A stretch of 64,000 bases of DNA, taken from Bacteroidota bacterium (lineage in GTDB: Bacteria > Bacteroidota > Ignavibacteria > Kapaibacteriales > UBA961). A program made the position numbers and the translations under genes. Position 1 is the first letter of the stretch, and the number at the start of each line of letters is the position of its first letter. This document shows, in pieces, positions 29,154 to 40,788 of this stretch. The notes under the pieces were generated by a model that was given only the letters and a program-made list of their open reading frames with translations, ran no database searches and was not told the origin of the DNA. The stretch covers positions 419,357 to 483,356 of the forward strand of contig OZ123195.1 of assembly GCA_964204605.1 (NCBI GenBank). The letters run 5' to 3'.

Positions 29154-30083
29154 ATGGTAAATGATACATTCTTGTGGATAAGTTTTCACGTATTTATTCT
29201 TTTGATGCTGGCAATTGATATTGGCATCTTTCACAAAAGAGCACATGCAATTTCTGTTAAAGAAGCTTTGGGTTGGAGTGCTTTGTGGATATCTTTGTCT
29301 GCATTATTTGCAATAGGTATTGCTTATTTCAAATCGCCAATTGCTGCTACGGAATTTGCTACAGCATATATTATAGAAAAATCATTAAGTGTTGATAATC
29401 TCTTTATTTTCTTAACGATTTTTAATTACTTTCGGGTACCTCAAAAATATCAACACAAAGTACTTTTTTGGGGTGTATTAGGTGCTTTAGTAATGAGAGC
29501 AATATTCATTATTGCTGGAGTAACCATTATTGCAAAATTTCATTTTATTATTTACATACTGGGTGCATTTTTAGTATATACTGGGTTTAAACTCTTTTTT
29601 ACCGATGATAATGCAGAATATAATCCAGAAAATAATGTTGCATTGAAATTTGTAAGAAAATATATTGGTGTATCTAATTATTATCATGAAGATAAATTTT
29701 TCCTTCGTAGAATGGGACATAGCTTTGCAACTCCATTATTTATGGTGCTAATTTTAGTTGAAACAACTGATTTAATTTTTGCTTTAGATTCGATACCAGC
29801 TGTATTAGCTGTCTCTCCAGACCCATTTATAGTGTATACTTCAAATATCTTTGCTATTCTTGGTTTAAGGTCATTGTATTTTGCCTTGGCTGGAGTGGTT
29901 GGATTATTCCATTATCTAAATTATGGCCTCGCTTTCATATTAAGTTTTATTGGCGTCAAAATGCTTATTAGTGGTTTTTATACTATTCCAATTCATTGGG
30001 CATTATTAGTTGTATTAAGTATTCTTATCTTTTCTGTCGTATTATCTTTACTTTTCCCAAAATCTAAAGAACAGGAAGTGTAA
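29154..30083 (+). CDS. TerC/Alx family metal-homeostasis membrane protein
   Basis: EKSLSVDNLF, QHKVLFWG, DLIFALDSIPA, SNIFAILGLRSLYF. Confidence 0.93.
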   Translation: MVNDTFLWISFHVFILLMLAIDIGIFHKRAHAISVKEALGWSALWISLSALFAIGIAYFKSPIAATEFATAYIIEKSLSVDNLFIFLTIFNYFRVPQKYQHKVLFWGVLGALVMRAIFIIAGVTIIAKFHFIIYILGAFLVYTGFKLFFTDDNAEYNPENNVALKFVRKYIGVSNYYHEDKFFLRRMGHSFATPLFMVLILVETTDLIFALDSIPAVLAVSPDPFIVYTSNIFAILGLRSLYFALAGVVGLFHYLNYGLAFILSFIGVKMLISGFYTIPIHWALLVVLSILIFSVVLSLLFPKSKEQEV

Positions 30084-30088
30084 GTTTT

Positions 30089-32098
30089 ATGATTCTGCCT
30101 TTAAGGATTGCTTTGCTTTGGCATCAGCATCAACCATATTATAGAAAAGGCAATCATTTTATTCTCCCATGGGTACGATTACATGCCGCAAAAGATTATT
30201 GGGATTTACCTGCTTTAGCCGAACAATTTCCTTCTTTAAAACAAACAATTAATATTGTTCCTTCATTATTAGTTCAATTAGATGAATATATCCGATATGG
30301 AATTACTGATTCAATCCAAGAATTAACTCTTATTAATGCATGTGATTTAACTAGATTCCAGAAAACAGAAATTCTTCGTCTCTTTTTTGTGTGTAATTAT
30401 ACAACTATGATTGCACCATATGCTAGATACAATGAACTTTATTCTTATGCTGTACACAATCAACAAGAAGCTGTAGAATCATTTACTTCGCAAGATTGGT
30501 TAGACATACAAACCTGGTATAATCTTACATGGATTGGGGAACTGTATAAATCGAATAATTCCGAATTACAGTTATTATTCGAAAAAACTCATTTTTCAGA
30601 AGAAGATAAAGTAGCAGTATTAGCTTATCATAAACACATCATTAGTCTTATAATACCTGTAATGCAGAAAGCTGTTAAAGAAAACAGATTAGAATTATCA
30701 GTAACTCCATTTTATCATCCTATTATTCCACTATTGATTGATTCTAGATCAGCTTTAGAGAATTTGCCCGATATACATTTACCTGTTTTAGCACCCCAAT
30801 CAGTGAAAGATGCCCAAGTGCAGATAGAAAGGGCTTTAGCATATTGCAAAGATCGATTATCCATTGTACCAAATGGAATGTGGCCATCAGAGGGCTCGAT
30901 TAGTAATGAATCATTATCAGTATTCGAACAGTATAATATAAAGTGGATAGCAACCGATGAAAAGATATTGTTTCAATCCCCTGGAAATCATCATCAATTG
31001 GATAAGTATTTTCCTAGAAAAATAGGAAATCTTACCTGCTATTTCCGCGATCATGCTTTGTCTGATGCTATAGGATTTGAATATTCTTCATGGGAAGCTC
31101 AAAAAGCTTCGGACGATTTTATCAAAAGATTAAAACAAATACGATTAGATCTTATTCAACATTATGGCGAACAATCATTGCAATATGCAGTCGTTCCGAT
31201 TATTTTAGATGGTGAAAATTGTTGGGAATATTATCAGAATAATGGCTTGCCTTTTTTGCGCTCATTGTTTCATGCTCTTATATCCCAAGATGAATTGCAT
31301 ACTATTACAATGAGTGAGGGAATTCAAGGTTCTGATTTTCTAGAACCATTATCCTCTATCAAAGCTGGATCTTGGATACATGGTAATTTTAGTATTTGGA
31401 TAGGGCATCCTCAAGATAATGCTGCATGGGAAATGATTGCCAAAGCTAGAAAAATTTTATTCAATTGTGGATTAGATCAAAAAAGTCCTGAATGGCAAAA
31501 AGCATATAATCATCTTCTCATTTCTGAAGGTTCTGATTGGTTCTGGTGGTATGGAGATGATCACATTTCTGCAAATCAATCTGAATTTGATGAGCTTTTT
31601 AGGTGGAATATTGAACAAATTTATCTTTTAATAGGACATCATATCCCAGATGAAGTGAGGCAGCCTATTGCAGACAAAATTGAATTTCCTGATGCTGAAT
31701 TGTCTTCAAAAGAAATTATTCATACGCTATTCGAAAAAGAATATTCAGGTTCTGCCATCCATTCTGTTTCAGAAATTCTCTCTTCTGTTCATATTTGTTT
31801 TCATGCTGCATCTCAATTATATACTATGAATGTTCATGCAACTGATTGTATTGATAAGAATGCAGCAATAGAGATATATATTCTTACTGATCAGCATAAA
31901 ACTCTTACTGCTATATGGAAAGATAATTATCTTCAATTTGATGGATTTATTCCAAAAATATGTGGTAGAGGAATGCATCATATTTATTTTTCATTGCCAG
32001 ATACATTGCACATATTTCAAATACAAATAAAAACACTACACAATACAACAAGTTTGCTGTATCCCCGTTCGGGCAATTATGTAACACTAACTTTATAA
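30089..32098 (+). CDS. Glycoside hydrolase family 57 (amylopullulanase-like)
   Basis: WHQHQP, PFYHPIIPL, GMWPSEG (nucleophile Glu), ILDGEN (acid/base Asp), EGSDWFWW. Confidence 0.92.
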   Translation: MILPLRIALLWHQHQPYYRKGNHFILPWVRLHAAKDYWDLPALAEQFPSLKQTINIVPSLLVQLDEYIRYGITDSIQELTLINACDLTRFQKTEILRLFFVCNYTTMIAPYARYNELYSYAVHNQQEAVESFTSQDWLDIQTWYNLTWIGELYKSNNSELQLLFEKTHFSEEDKVAVLAYHKHIISLIIPVMQKAVKENRLELSVTPFYHPIIPLLIDSRSALENLPDIHLPVLAPQSVKDAQVQIERALAYCKDRLSIVPNGMWPSEGSISNESLSVFEQYNIKWIATDEKILFQSPGNHHQLDKYFPRKIGNLTCYFRDHALSDAIGFEYSSWEAQKASDDFIKRLKQIRLDLIQHYGEQSLQYAVVPIILDGENCWEYYQNNGLPFLRSLFHALISQDELHTITMSEGIQGSDFLEPLSSIKAGSWIHGNFSIWIGHPQDNAAWEMIAKARKILFNCGLDQKSPEWQKAYNHLLISEGSDWFWWYGDDHISANQSEFDELFRWNIEQIYLLIGHHIPDEVRQPIADKIEFPDAELSSKEIIHTLFEKEYSGSAIHSVSEILSSVHICFHAASQLYTMNVHATDCIDKNAAIEIYILTDQHKTLTAIWKDNYLQFDGFIPKICGRGMHHIYFSLPDTLHIFQIQIKTLHNTTSLLYPRSGNYVTLTL

Positions 32099-32108
32099 TG
32101 ATTAAACA

Positions 32109-32708
32109 ATGAATACAACATTATCACCAGCAAATGAATATTGGGAAAAGTCTTTTTCTTATCAAGAATATAAATCGACATTTGAAGCCATAATTATGCG
32201 TTCAGAAAATAATATAGAAGCATCTGAAAAAGAAATGCAACATTATTATACATTAAACTGGGCTAGAAGTAAAAGAGTAGAAAAAGTGTATACGATGTCT
32301 GACAATGCTAAAAGTGTTTTGTCTGGATTAACTATAAAACAAAAATGGATTATCATAACTGAGGCTTGGTGTGGAGATTCCTCGCAATCTTTACCAATAC
32401 TTGCCGCATTAGCAGAATATAGACCAGATTGTATCGAGATCAGAATGTGTTCAAGAGATCTTTATCCAGAACTACTTGAATTATATAAAACGAATGGTTC
32501 TATGGGTATTCCCAAATTGATTTCAATTGATAGTAATGGAAAAGAGCTTTTTACTTGGGGCCCAAGGCCAACAAAAGCGCAAGAAGTATTTGATGCTTTA
32601 AAGTATGATAATCTAGAGAAATCAAAGATATATGAAGCTATGCATCTTTGGTATGCAAAAGACAAAGGACAAACTGTAGAAATAGAAATCGTATCTTTGT
32701 TACAATAA
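32109..32708 (+). CDS. Thioredoxin family protein (WCGD type)
   Basis: ITEAWCGDS, TNG...IPK, WGPRP, WY.KD. Confidence 0.85.
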   Translation: MNTTLSPANEYWEKSFSYQEYKSTFEAIIMRSENNIEASEKEMQHYYTLNWARSKRVEKVYTMSDNAKSVLSGLTIKQKWIIITEAWCGDSSQSLPILAALAEYRPDCIEIRMCSRDLYPELLELYKTNGSMGIPKLISIDSNGKELFTWGPRPTKAQEVFDALKYDNLEKSKIYEAMHLWYAKDKGQTVEIEIVSLLQ

Positions 32709-32741
32709 ATTATATAATTATCGGGATTGGAGTATTTGTGT

Positions 32742-33458
32742 ATGATGAATGTAAGTAAAATCCTAGGAAGAAGAAATATATTGTTCTTATGGGTATTAGG
32801 TTTCAGTATTGTTTTAGTGAATTCATTGACTGCACAAAATGTAACAATATTATTAAAAGGAAAGGTTATAGATGAAGCAGGAAATGCATTGCAGGGTGTC
32901 CAAATTCAGTTTAAAGATGGAGAAAACTCAGCAGGAAGGACTAAATCACAAAATAATGGTGAATTTTCTTTTGTCCTGAAACCTGGAAAAACATATTCCG
33001 CAATGTTTGATCGTAGCGATATTCTGCAATCAGATATTAATATGACGGTTCCACAGTTTACTTCATATCAAGAATTACAAAAAACGTTTACTGTAAGAGT
33101 AATCAAAAAAGGTGAAAATCTTGGTGAATACCATGTTTTTGCTAATGATAAAGCAGACTTGATACAGAGTCCATTCTATGATAAAATTTCTCAAATATTA
33201 AAAAAAATGCGAAGCCTTAATATCAGCATTACTGTTTCAAACATTACAAAAGCAAAAAAAGCTAAACCTTCTAAGAAGAAAGGAAAAAATGTGCAGCCCG
33301 AAATGCAGCTTTCTTTTGGACAACAAAGAATAAAAGTACTTATGGATAAATTAATTTCTATAGGAACTAGCGAATCCCGAATTCAACTTATAGAAGGAAA
33401 TGTAAAAGCACCTAATGATATTCAGGTTACTGTTAAAGATATTGACAGCTCATTTTAA
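32742..33458 (+). CDS. Exported protein with a carboxypeptidase-regulatory-like domain and a degenerate OmpA-like C-terminus
   Basis: Signal peptide LTA-Q; LKGKVIDEAGNALQGV...NNGEFSF. Start uncertain. Confidence 0.6.
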   Translation: MMNVSKILGRRNILFLWVLGFSIVLVNSLTAQNVTILLKGKVIDEAGNALQGVQIQFKDGENSAGRTKSQNNGEFSFVLKPGKTYSAMFDRSDILQSDINMTVPQFTSYQELQKTFTVRVIKKGENLGEYHVFANDKADLIQSPFYDKISQILKKMRSLNISITVSNITKAKKAKPSKKKGKNVQPEMQLSFGQQRIKVLMDKLISIGTSESRIQLIEGNVKAPNDIQVTVKDIDSSF

Positions 33459-35167
33459 TGATTGGAATACCATATATGTATTGTAGAGTATCGCTTTATA
33501 TGTTGATTTGTTGTTTCCTATGTGGTATTGTAGACGTGTCTGCCTCAGAAACAGTAATCATGAAAGCACTAAAGTCTGAAATGAAAAGAACAATGGAAGG
33601 TTTGAAAAGCCAAACAAATCCACCTTATTTTTTATCATATGCAGTTACCGAAACAAAAACAGTAAGGATGACAGCTTCATTTGGCAAATTGAAATCTGAA
33701 GAATCTATTAATAGTCGTGTATTGGATATTGACATAAGAGTGGGTGATAACTCTTTGGACAATACCCATACGATCAGAGGTTCTCGTTTTGAATTTGGTG
33801 GTGGTGGTAGGGGAGTAGAATTGCCGTTTTCAGAAAATGAACAAGCATTATCTTCAATTATTTGGGCAGCTACCGATAAACTGTATAAAAAAGCTGTAGA
33901 GCGATATGGTAAAGTACTAACAAATAAAGCTGTAAAAGTTAAAGAAGAAGATTCCTCGGCAGATTTTTCTGTCCAAAAACCTGAAGTATTTATTGAAGAA
34001 GCAGCTGTTTTTACCTTAGATACTAATGCTTGGAGAGAAAAAGTTAAATCTTTATCCTCTCTGTTTCTAGCAGACCCTAAAATTTATACAGGAGATGTAT
34101 ATTTTCAAGCAGATATCATTACAAAGTATTTTGTTAATAGCGAAGGAACCCAATTGCAACAAAGTGAGCCTAATGTAAGAATGTTTGCTTCTGCTTCAAC
34201 CAAATCCGATGATGGAATGACATTGCCTTTATTCTCAAGCTATTTTGCTTTTGCTCCAGAAGGACTTCCGCAAACAGAGAAAATTATAAAAGATATACAG
34301 TCTATGATTAGTACAATAGGTAAATTAAGGGAATCACCATTAGCAGAAACATATTCTGGACCAGCCATCTTATCTGGGCCTGCAGCAGGTGTGTTTTTCC
34401 ATGAGATTTTTGGGCATAGAGTAGAAGGTCATCGCCAAAAAGATCCAAATTCATCTCAAACATTTAAATCATTTTTACAAAAAAAGATATTGCCAGATTT
34501 TATCGATGTTGTGTTTGATCCAGGATTGAAGTCTTTGCAAGGACAAGATATCGTAGGATATTATAAATATGATGATGAAGGTGTAAAAGCACAAAAAGTA
34601 GTAGCTGTTAAGAATGGTCTTTTTCAAAATTTCTTGATGAGCAGATCACCAATTGAAAATTTTGCAGTTTCTAATGGTCATGGCAGACGTCAAGCTGGAT
34701 TGCGTCCTGTGTCAAGACAATCAAATCTCTTAGTTCATGCATCAGAAGCAGTGCCTTTCGATTCATTGAAAACGCTTTTACGTCAAGAATGCAAAAAACA
34801 AAATAAAGATTATGGTCTGTATTTTGTAGAAATCTCTGGTGGATTTACTTTTACAGCAAGAACAATTCCTAATGCATTTAATGTGCAACCTTTGGTTGTA
34901 TATAAAATCTATCAAGATGGCAGGCCAGATGAATTAGTTAGAGGTGTTGATTTAATTGGCACACCATTAACAACCTTTAATAATATTATTGCTGCAAGTA
35001 ATGATATAGGTATTTTTAATGGAGTATGCGGTGCTGAATCTGGTGGAGTACCTGTTTCAGCAAGTTCTCCAGACTTATTTGTTAAAATTATCGAAGTTCA
35101 GAAAAAACAAAAATCCCAAGCAAAACCTCCATTGCTTGATTCTCCATTGACAAATCCAAAGCCTTAA
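33458..35167 (+). CDS. tldD: TldD/PmbA family metalloprotease with a predicted signal peptide
   Basis: FFHEIFGHRVEGHR zinc motif, YDDEG, SNGHGR, SRQSNL, GVCGAESG.VPVS. Confidence 0.85.
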   Translation: MIGIPYMYCRVSLYMLICCFLCGIVDVSASETVIMKALKSEMKRTMEGLKSQTNPPYFLSYAVTETKTVRMTASFGKLKSEESINSRVLDIDIRVGDNSLDNTHTIRGSRFEFGGGGRGVELPFSENEQALSSIIWAATDKLYKKAVERYGKVLTNKAVKVKEEDSSADFSVQKPEVFIEEAAVFTLDTNAWREKVKSLSSLFLADPKIYTGDVYFQADIITKYFVNSEGTQLQQSEPNVRMFASASTKSDDGMTLPLFSSYFAFAPEGLPQTEKIIKDIQSMISTIGKLRESPLAETYSGPAILSGPAAGVFFHEIFGHRVEGHRQKDPNSSQTFKSFLQKKILPDFIDVVFDPGLKSLQGQDIVGYYKYDDEGVKAQKVVAVKNGLFQNFLMSRSPIENFAVSNGHGRRQAGLRPVSRQSNLLVHASEAVPFDSLKTLLRQECKKQNKDYGLYFVEISGGFTFTARTIPNAFNVQPLVVYKIYQDGRPDELVRGVDLIGTPLTTFNNIIAASNDIGIFNGVCGAESGGVPVSASSPDLFVKIIEVQKKQKSQAKPPLLDSPLTNPKP

Positions 35168-35171
35168 TAAT

Positions 35172-37460
35172 ATGATTGGACAACTTTTAATCCATATCCT
35201 TTTTGCTCTTGCAATAGTAAGTACTGGCTTATATGCTTTTGCTTTAACTGGAAATATATATGCAGCATCTCTAGCTAGAAATGTATATCGTACAATGTCT
35301 GCAGGGATTTTACTTGCTTTCTTGATGATAGTATATACTGTTTTTACTCATCAATTTGAATATCATTATGTATGGAATTATTCATCTAAAGAATTACAAG
35401 CATGGTATTTATTTGCTGCTTCATATGCTGGGCAAGAAGGTAGCTTTATGCTGTGGACTTTATGGGTGTCATTGATAGGCGTCATCCTTTTACCTTTTGT
35501 AAAAAAAAGGAATTGGGAATCGCAGATAATGGTATTCTATTCTTTGATTTGTGTGTTCCTCCTTTTATTGTTAGTTGTAAAAAATCCATTCTCATTTGTA
35601 TGGGAAACCTTTGCTAAAGATGGTATTGCAGAGGGCTTTAAGCCAGAAAATGGTAAAGGATTAAATCCTTTATTACATAATGTGTGGATTACCATTCACC
35701 CGCCAATATTATTTACTGGTTTTGCCGCAATGAGCGTTCCATTTGCTTTCGCAATGGCTGCTTTGATAAAAAAAGAATATCAAGATTGGATAAAAATGGC
35801 ATTACCTTGGACTCTTTATGCAACTGCAATTCTTGGTTTTGGCATTATGCTTGGTGGCTTTTGGGCATATGAAACCCTTGGTTGGGGTGGCTTTTGGGCA
35901 TGGGACCCGGTAGAAAATTCATCGTTAATTCCTTGGCTTGTATCTGTTGCATTAGTACATACCATGCTTATTCAAAGAAAAACTGGTGGATTAGTTAAAA
36001 CAAATATCATATTATCTGCTTTAGCCTTTATCCTTGTACTGTATTCTACATTTCTTACTAGAAGTGGAGTACTTGGTGATACATCAGTTCATTCATTCGT
36101 AGATCCAGGAATGTTCGCATATATTCTTCTTATTGTATTTATGAGCACTTTTCTTTTGATAGCTACTGGCTTAATTATATGGAGAAGAAGTGATCTAAAA
36201 GCTGAAAAGGCTGATTTTGCTTTAGGCAGCCGAGAATTTATGATGTCAATTGGATCTGCATTATTATTAGGCAGTGCTATTATTGTTTTTATAGGTACAA
36301 GTTGGCCTCTTTTTGCAGAGATATTAAAACAACCTAAAATAGCAATAGACCCAGATTTCTATAATACTACTCATTTGCCATTAGTAATTCTTGTTATGTG
36401 CATTAATGCATTGTCTTTATTAGCAAGATGGAAAGGTCATTCCTTATTACATATAAAAAAATCTATCTTATTTTCAGGATCTTTAGCTTTATGTGGTACT
36501 CTGGTATCATGGTTACTAGGCGTTAGAGATCCTCTTTATATACTTCTAACATTTTCTGCTTGGTTTTCTTTGATGATTAATGCTGAATTAGCATTAAAAG
36601 TAATGAAAGCTAAGTTTGCATCAGCTGGTGCTTATATTTCTCATGTGGGAATAGCATTATTGTTAATTGGCATTGTATGGACATCCAAATATTCTGTATT
36701 AGAGCATGCTCGATTAGTTATTGGAGTTCCAACACAAGTTTTGGGATATACTCTAACTTTTGAAGGGCGTGAACAAATAGAAAAAGAATTTACAGACAGA
36801 GAAAAGTATAAATTTCATATCAAAGTAGAGAAAGATGGTCATGTAAATCATGTGGCTCCAATTCTATATTGGAGTGATTTCAATAAAAGAATGTCTGCTT
36901 TTCTAGAGCCAGGTATTGCCTGGAGTTTAGGAAGAGATTTATATATTTCTCCAAAATCAACTGATGAAGAAGGTGGAATCCCAATCATTACCTTAAAAAA
37001 AGGTGAAAAAATAGTATTTCCTACAGATTCTACTAGATCTTTCCGTTTTATTGCTTTCGATATGTCTGCCATGAGATCTGGCCCATCTGCTGATGGAATG
37101 ATCCATCCTGCAGCAATTGTTCGCATATATTCACCCAAAGACAGTGCAGACATTTCATTGCGTGCTTCATTGAATATGCAAACGATGGCAACAATACCCG
37201 AACCATTAGTATTGCCTGGCACAAATCAAAAAATATCTTTTGCAAAACTTATTCCTAATAAAAAAAGTTTAGCTCAATCAGAAGCTGCTTTTAGTTTTGA
37301 AGATACTTCAAAACCTATACCTCAGAAAAAAGAAGTATTTACTGTAGAAGTTTCAATAAAACCTTTGATAAATCTTGTTTGGTTTGGTGTTATAGCTATG
37401 GTTGCTGGATTTTTTATTTCAATTGCTAGACATAAAAAAGATTTCATCATCGTACAATAA
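35172..37460 (+). CDS. ccmF: Cytochrome c biogenesis heme lyase CcmF
   Basis: GQEGSF, GLNPLL, IHPP, WAYETLGWGGFWAWDPVEN (WWD domain), FLTRSG, SVHSF, KPLINLVW. Confidence 0.93.
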   Translation: MIGQLLIHILFALAIVSTGLYAFALTGNIYAASLARNVYRTMSAGILLAFLMIVYTVFTHQFEYHYVWNYSSKELQAWYLFAASYAGQEGSFMLWTLWVSLIGVILLPFVKKRNWESQIMVFYSLICVFLLLLLVVKNPFSFVWETFAKDGIAEGFKPENGKGLNPLLHNVWITIHPPILFTGFAAMSVPFAFAMAALIKKEYQDWIKMALPWTLYATAILGFGIMLGGFWAYETLGWGGFWAWDPVENSSLIPWLVSVALVHTMLIQRKTGGLVKTNIILSALAFILVLYSTFLTRSGVLGDTSVHSFVDPGMFAYILLIVFMSTFLLIATGLIIWRRSDLKAEKADFALGSREFMMSIGSALLLGSAIIVFIGTSWPLFAEILKQPKIAIDPDFYNTTHLPLVILVMCINALSLLARWKGHSLLHIKKSILFSGSLALCGTLVSWLLGVRDPLYILLTFSAWFSLMINAELALKVMKAKFASAGAYISHVGIALLLIGIVWTSKYSVLEHARLVIGVPTQVLGYTLTFEGREQIEKEFTDREKYKFHIKVEKDGHVNHVAPILYWSDFNKRMSAFLEPGIAWSLGRDLYISPKSTDEEGGIPIITLKKGEKIVFPTDSTRSFRFIAFDMSAMRSGPSADGMIHPAAIVRIYSPKDSADISLRASLNMQTMATIPEPLVLPGTNQKISFAKLIPNKKSLAQSEAAFSFEDTSKPIPQKKEVFTVEVSIKPLINLVWFGVIAMVAGFFISIARHKKDFIIVQ

Positions 37461-37499
37461 TGATATAGATTCTTGTTTATTATTTATGAAGTGTGTCCT

Positions 37500-38054
37500 A
37501 TGAATTACCTTGTGATTTTCATTTTTGTTTGTATTTCTACAATGAATGCCGACCAAGAAATTGGCGGAGTAAAAATTCCTGGTACTATGAAAGTTTCTGA
37601 CCAACAATTAGTATTAAATGGGGCTGGAACAAGAGAAAAATTTTGGATGGATATGTATGTTGGAGCTTTGTTTGTAAAAGCTAAAACTCAAAATGCCTCT
37701 GAGATTATAGCAGCAAATGATATTATGGTGATGGAATTAACTATTGTTAGCGGATTGATTACTTCCCAAAAGATGTCTGATGCCGTAGATGAAGGGTTTA
37801 TCAAATCAACTAATAATTCACTTTCAGCTTTGCAAACAAGGATTAATCAATTTAAACAGATATTTAAAGATGAGATTAAGAAAGGGGATACATATGTATT
37901 TCAGTATGAACCATCTAAGGGTTTGTCTATTATAAGAAATGGAAAGCTGTCTGCAATGATACCAGGATTAGACTTTAAAAAAGCATTATTCGGCATTTGG
38001 TTATGTGATAATCCTGCAGATAAAGATTTGAAACTTCAATTATTAGGTAAATAA
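37500..38054 (+). CDS. Chalcone isomerase-like exported protein
   Basis: LVLNGAGTREKFWMDMYVGAL...DFKKALFGIWL...LLG. Confidence 0.85.
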   Translation: MNYLVIFIFVCISTMNADQEIGGVKIPGTMKVSDQQLVLNGAGTREKFWMDMYVGALFVKAKTQNASEIIAANDIMVMELTIVSGLITSQKMSDAVDEGFIKSTNNSLSALQTRINQFKQIFKDEIKKGDTYVFQYEPSKGLSIIRNGKLSAMIPGLDFKKALFGIWLCDNPADKDLKLQLLGK

Positions 38055-38084
38055 AAAAAAGGGATATCATGTGATATCCCTTTT
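38053..38084. terminator. Bidirectional intrinsic terminator
   Basis: AAAAAAAAGGGATATCA-TG-TGATATCCCTTTT between convergent genes. Confidence 0.75.
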
Positions 38085-38088
38085 AAGT

Positions 38089-38841
38089 TTAAGCAGAAAT
38101 GCCTTTCAATTTAGCTTTCAAGTAATCTTGGTTTAGTTTTGCGATATTATCAGCACTTATTCCTTTAGGGCAAGCGGCTTCGCAATCCAAAGTATTTGTG
38201 CAGTTCCCAAAACCTTCGCTATCCATTTGATGTACCATTCTTAATACTCTTTTGTTGCGTTCTGGTTGTCCTTGTGGTAAATATCCTAAATGAGCAATTT
38301 TAGCAGCAGTAAATAACATAGCAGATGCATTCTTGCATGCTGCTACACATGCTCCACAACCAATACATGCAGCAGCATCCATTGCAGCATCAGCATCTGG
38401 TTTTGGTATAGGAAGCGTATTACCATCTTGAGCATTACCAGTATTAACAGATATAAAACCACCTGCCTGAATTATTCTATCAAATGCACTTCTATTGACA
38501 GATAAATCTTTGATAACAGGGAATGCACTTGCTCTCCATGGCTCAATTACAATATTATCGCCATCATTAAATTTACGCATATGTAATTGACATGTAGTTG
38601 TCATATTTTCTGGGCCATGAGGTTTACCATTAATCATCATAGAGCAAGACCCACAAATACCTTCGCGACAATCATGATCAAATGCTACTGGATCTTGTCC
38701 TTTGCCTAATAATTGTTCATTCAAAACATCAAGCATTTCCAAGAATGACATATCAGGGCTTATTTCATTTATGGTATAATCAGTAAAATTACCTTTTGTA
38801 TTTGCATTCTGCTGACGCCATACTTTAAGTTGTAGATTCAT
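38089..38841 (-). CDS. sdhB: Succinate dehydrogenase/fumarate reductase Fe-S subunit
   Basis: [38 protein letters not shown]. Confidence 0.95.
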   Translation of the reverse strand: MNLQLKVWRQQNANTKGNFTDYTINEISPDMSFLEMLDVLNEQLLGKGQDPVAFDHDCREGICGSCSMMINGKPHGPENMTTTCQLHMRKFNDGDNIVIEPWRASAFPVIKDLSVNRSAFDRIIQAGGFISVNTGNAQDGNTLPIPKPDADAAMDAAACIGCGACVAACKNASAMLFTAAKIAHLGYLPQGQPERNKRVLRMVHQMDSEGFGNCTNTLDCEAACPKGISADNIAKLNQDYLKAKLKGISA

Positions 38842-40754
38842 TATTTATAGCTCCTTGTAGCAAGCTGAATATTCTCAAATTTTAATTCTTCTTTGTGTCT
38901 AATAGGTTTGCTATTTGTTCCAGTATGTTCCCAAACCGCTGAATGACAAAAGTCTTGATCATCCCTTTTAGCTTCACCATCTTGGGTTTGATGTTCTGTG
39001 CGGAAATGTCCACCACATGATTCATCTCTTTCTAGGGCATCCCAACACATCAACTCTGCAAACTCTATGAAATCTGCAACTCTTCCAGCTTGTTCCAAGG
39101 CATTATTCATTTCTAAGCCAGAACCTAATACATTCAGATTGTTCCAGAATTCTTCTTTAATCTCGGGAATACGGCTTAATGCTTGTTGAAGGCTAGATTC
39201 GCTTCTTGCCATCCCGCAATTATTCCACATTAACATTCCTAATTCTTTATGAAAAGAAGAAGTAGTTCTTTTTCCTTTTATAGATAAAAATGTATGTAAA
39301 CGTGCTTGAACTTCAGCTTCAGCTTTTTTGAATTCAGGGTGATCTGTACCAACCTTATTTCCTGTATCTGTTGCAAGATAATGACCTATTGTATATGGAA
39401 TCACAAAATATCCATCAGCTAAGCCTTGCATAAGCGCACTTGCGCCTAATCTATTTGCTCCATGATCAGAAAAATTAGCTTCACCTAATACATGTAATCC
39501 AGGAATAGTGCTCATCAAATTATAATCTACCCATAAACCACCCATTGTATAATGAGGGGCTGGATATATACGCATTGGAATTTTATAAGGATTTTCTCCA
39601 GTGATTCTTTCATACATTTCGAATAAGTTTCCATAGCGTTCGGCAATAGTTTTTTCGCCAAGACGATGTATTGCTGCAGAAAAATCAAGATATACTCCGC
39701 GTCCACCGGGCCCAACGCCGCGTCCTTCATCACACACTTCTTTGGCAGCTCTAGAAGCAATATCTCTTGGAGATAAATTACCAAAAGATGGATATTTTCT
39801 TTCTAAATAATAATCTCTATCGTTTTCTGGAATTTCATGTGGTGCCCTTTTTTCAGTAGTTGATTTAGGTACCCAAACACGCCCATCATTACGAAGAGAT
39901 TCACTCATCAATGTTAACTTTGATTGATATTCACCATGTTGGGGAATAGAAGTTGGATGAATTTGAGTAAAGCATGGATTAGCTAATCCAGCACCTTTTT
40001 TATGTGCTCTCCATATAGACGTTACATTACATGCCATTGCATTGGTTGAAAGATAAAACACATTAGAATATCCACCAGTAGCAAGAATGACAGCATCTCC
40101 AGCCCATGACTCTATTTTACCTGAAACTAAATCTCTGGTTACAATTCCTTTAGCATGGCCATCGACAACAACTAATTCCATCATTTCAGAACGGGTATGC
40201 ATGGTTACGGTTCCAGCACCAATTTGTCTTGATAAAGCTGAATATGCACCAAGCAATAATTGTTGTCCTGTTTGTCCTTTTGCATAAAACGTTCTAGATA
40301 CTTGAGCACCACCAAATGATCTATTAGATAAGTATCCACCATATTCTCTTGCAAATGGTACGCCTTGGGCTACGCATTGATCGATAATATTTGTGCTAAC
40401 CTGGGCTAATCTATATACATTACCTTCACGAGCTCTAAAATCACCACCTTTCACTGTATCATAAAAAAGACGGTAGATACTATCGCCATCATTTTGATAA
40501 TTTTTTGCTGCATTTATTCCACCTTGAGCTGCAATGCTATGTGCTCTACGAGGGGTATCATGAAATGTAAAGCAATCTACATTATAGCCTAATTCTGCTA
40601 AAGATGCAGCAGCAGATGCACCTGCAAGACCACTACCTACTACCAATATGTTATACTTTCGCTTATTAGAAGGATTAATAAGCTTAATTTCAGCCCTATG
40701 TTTATCCCATTTTTGTTCAATTGGGCCTGATGGTATTTTGGAATCGAGAATCAT
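38841..40754 (-). CDS. sdhA: Succinate dehydrogenase/fumarate reductase flavoprotein subunit
   Basis: [16 protein letters not shown] (FAD-binding His), [31 protein letters not shown]. Confidence 0.96.
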   Translation of the reverse strand: MILDSKIPSGPIEQKWDKHRAEIKLINPSNKRKYNILVVGSGLAGASAAASLAELGYNVDCFTFHDTPRRAHSIAAQGGINAAKNYQNDGDSIYRLFYDTVKGGDFRAREGNVYRLAQVSTNIIDQCVAQGVPFAREYGGYLSNRSFGGAQVSRTFYAKGQTGQQLLLGAYSALSRQIGAGTVTMHTRSEMMELVVVDGHAKGIVTRDLVSGKIESWAGDAVILATGGYSNVFYLSTNAMACNVTSIWRAHKKGAGLANPCFTQIHPTSIPQHGEYQSKLTLMSESLRNDGRVWVPKSTTEKRAPHEIPENDRDYYLERKYPSFGNLSPRDIASRAAKEVCDEGRGVGPGGRGVYLDFSAAIHRLGEKTIAERYGNLFEMYERITGENPYKIPMRIYPAPHYTMGGLWVDYNLMSTIPGLHVLGEANFSDHGANRLGASALMQGLADGYFVIPYTIGHYLATDTGNKVGTDHPEFKKAEAEVQARLHTFLSIKGKRTTSSFHKELGMLMWNNCGMARSESSLQQALSRIPEIKEEFWNNLNVLGSGLEMNNALEQAGRVADFIEFAELMCWDALERDESCGGHFRTEHQTQDGEAKRDDQDFCHSAVWEHTGTNSKPIRHKEELKFENIQLATRSYK

Positions 40755-40788
40755 GATATAATATCTAAAAGTGAATAGTCTATATAAA

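Noticed and set aside
35172-37460. ccmF without other ccm genes as an anomaly
   Set aside because: The ccm genes are often dispersed, so their absence from a 64-kb window is uninformative.
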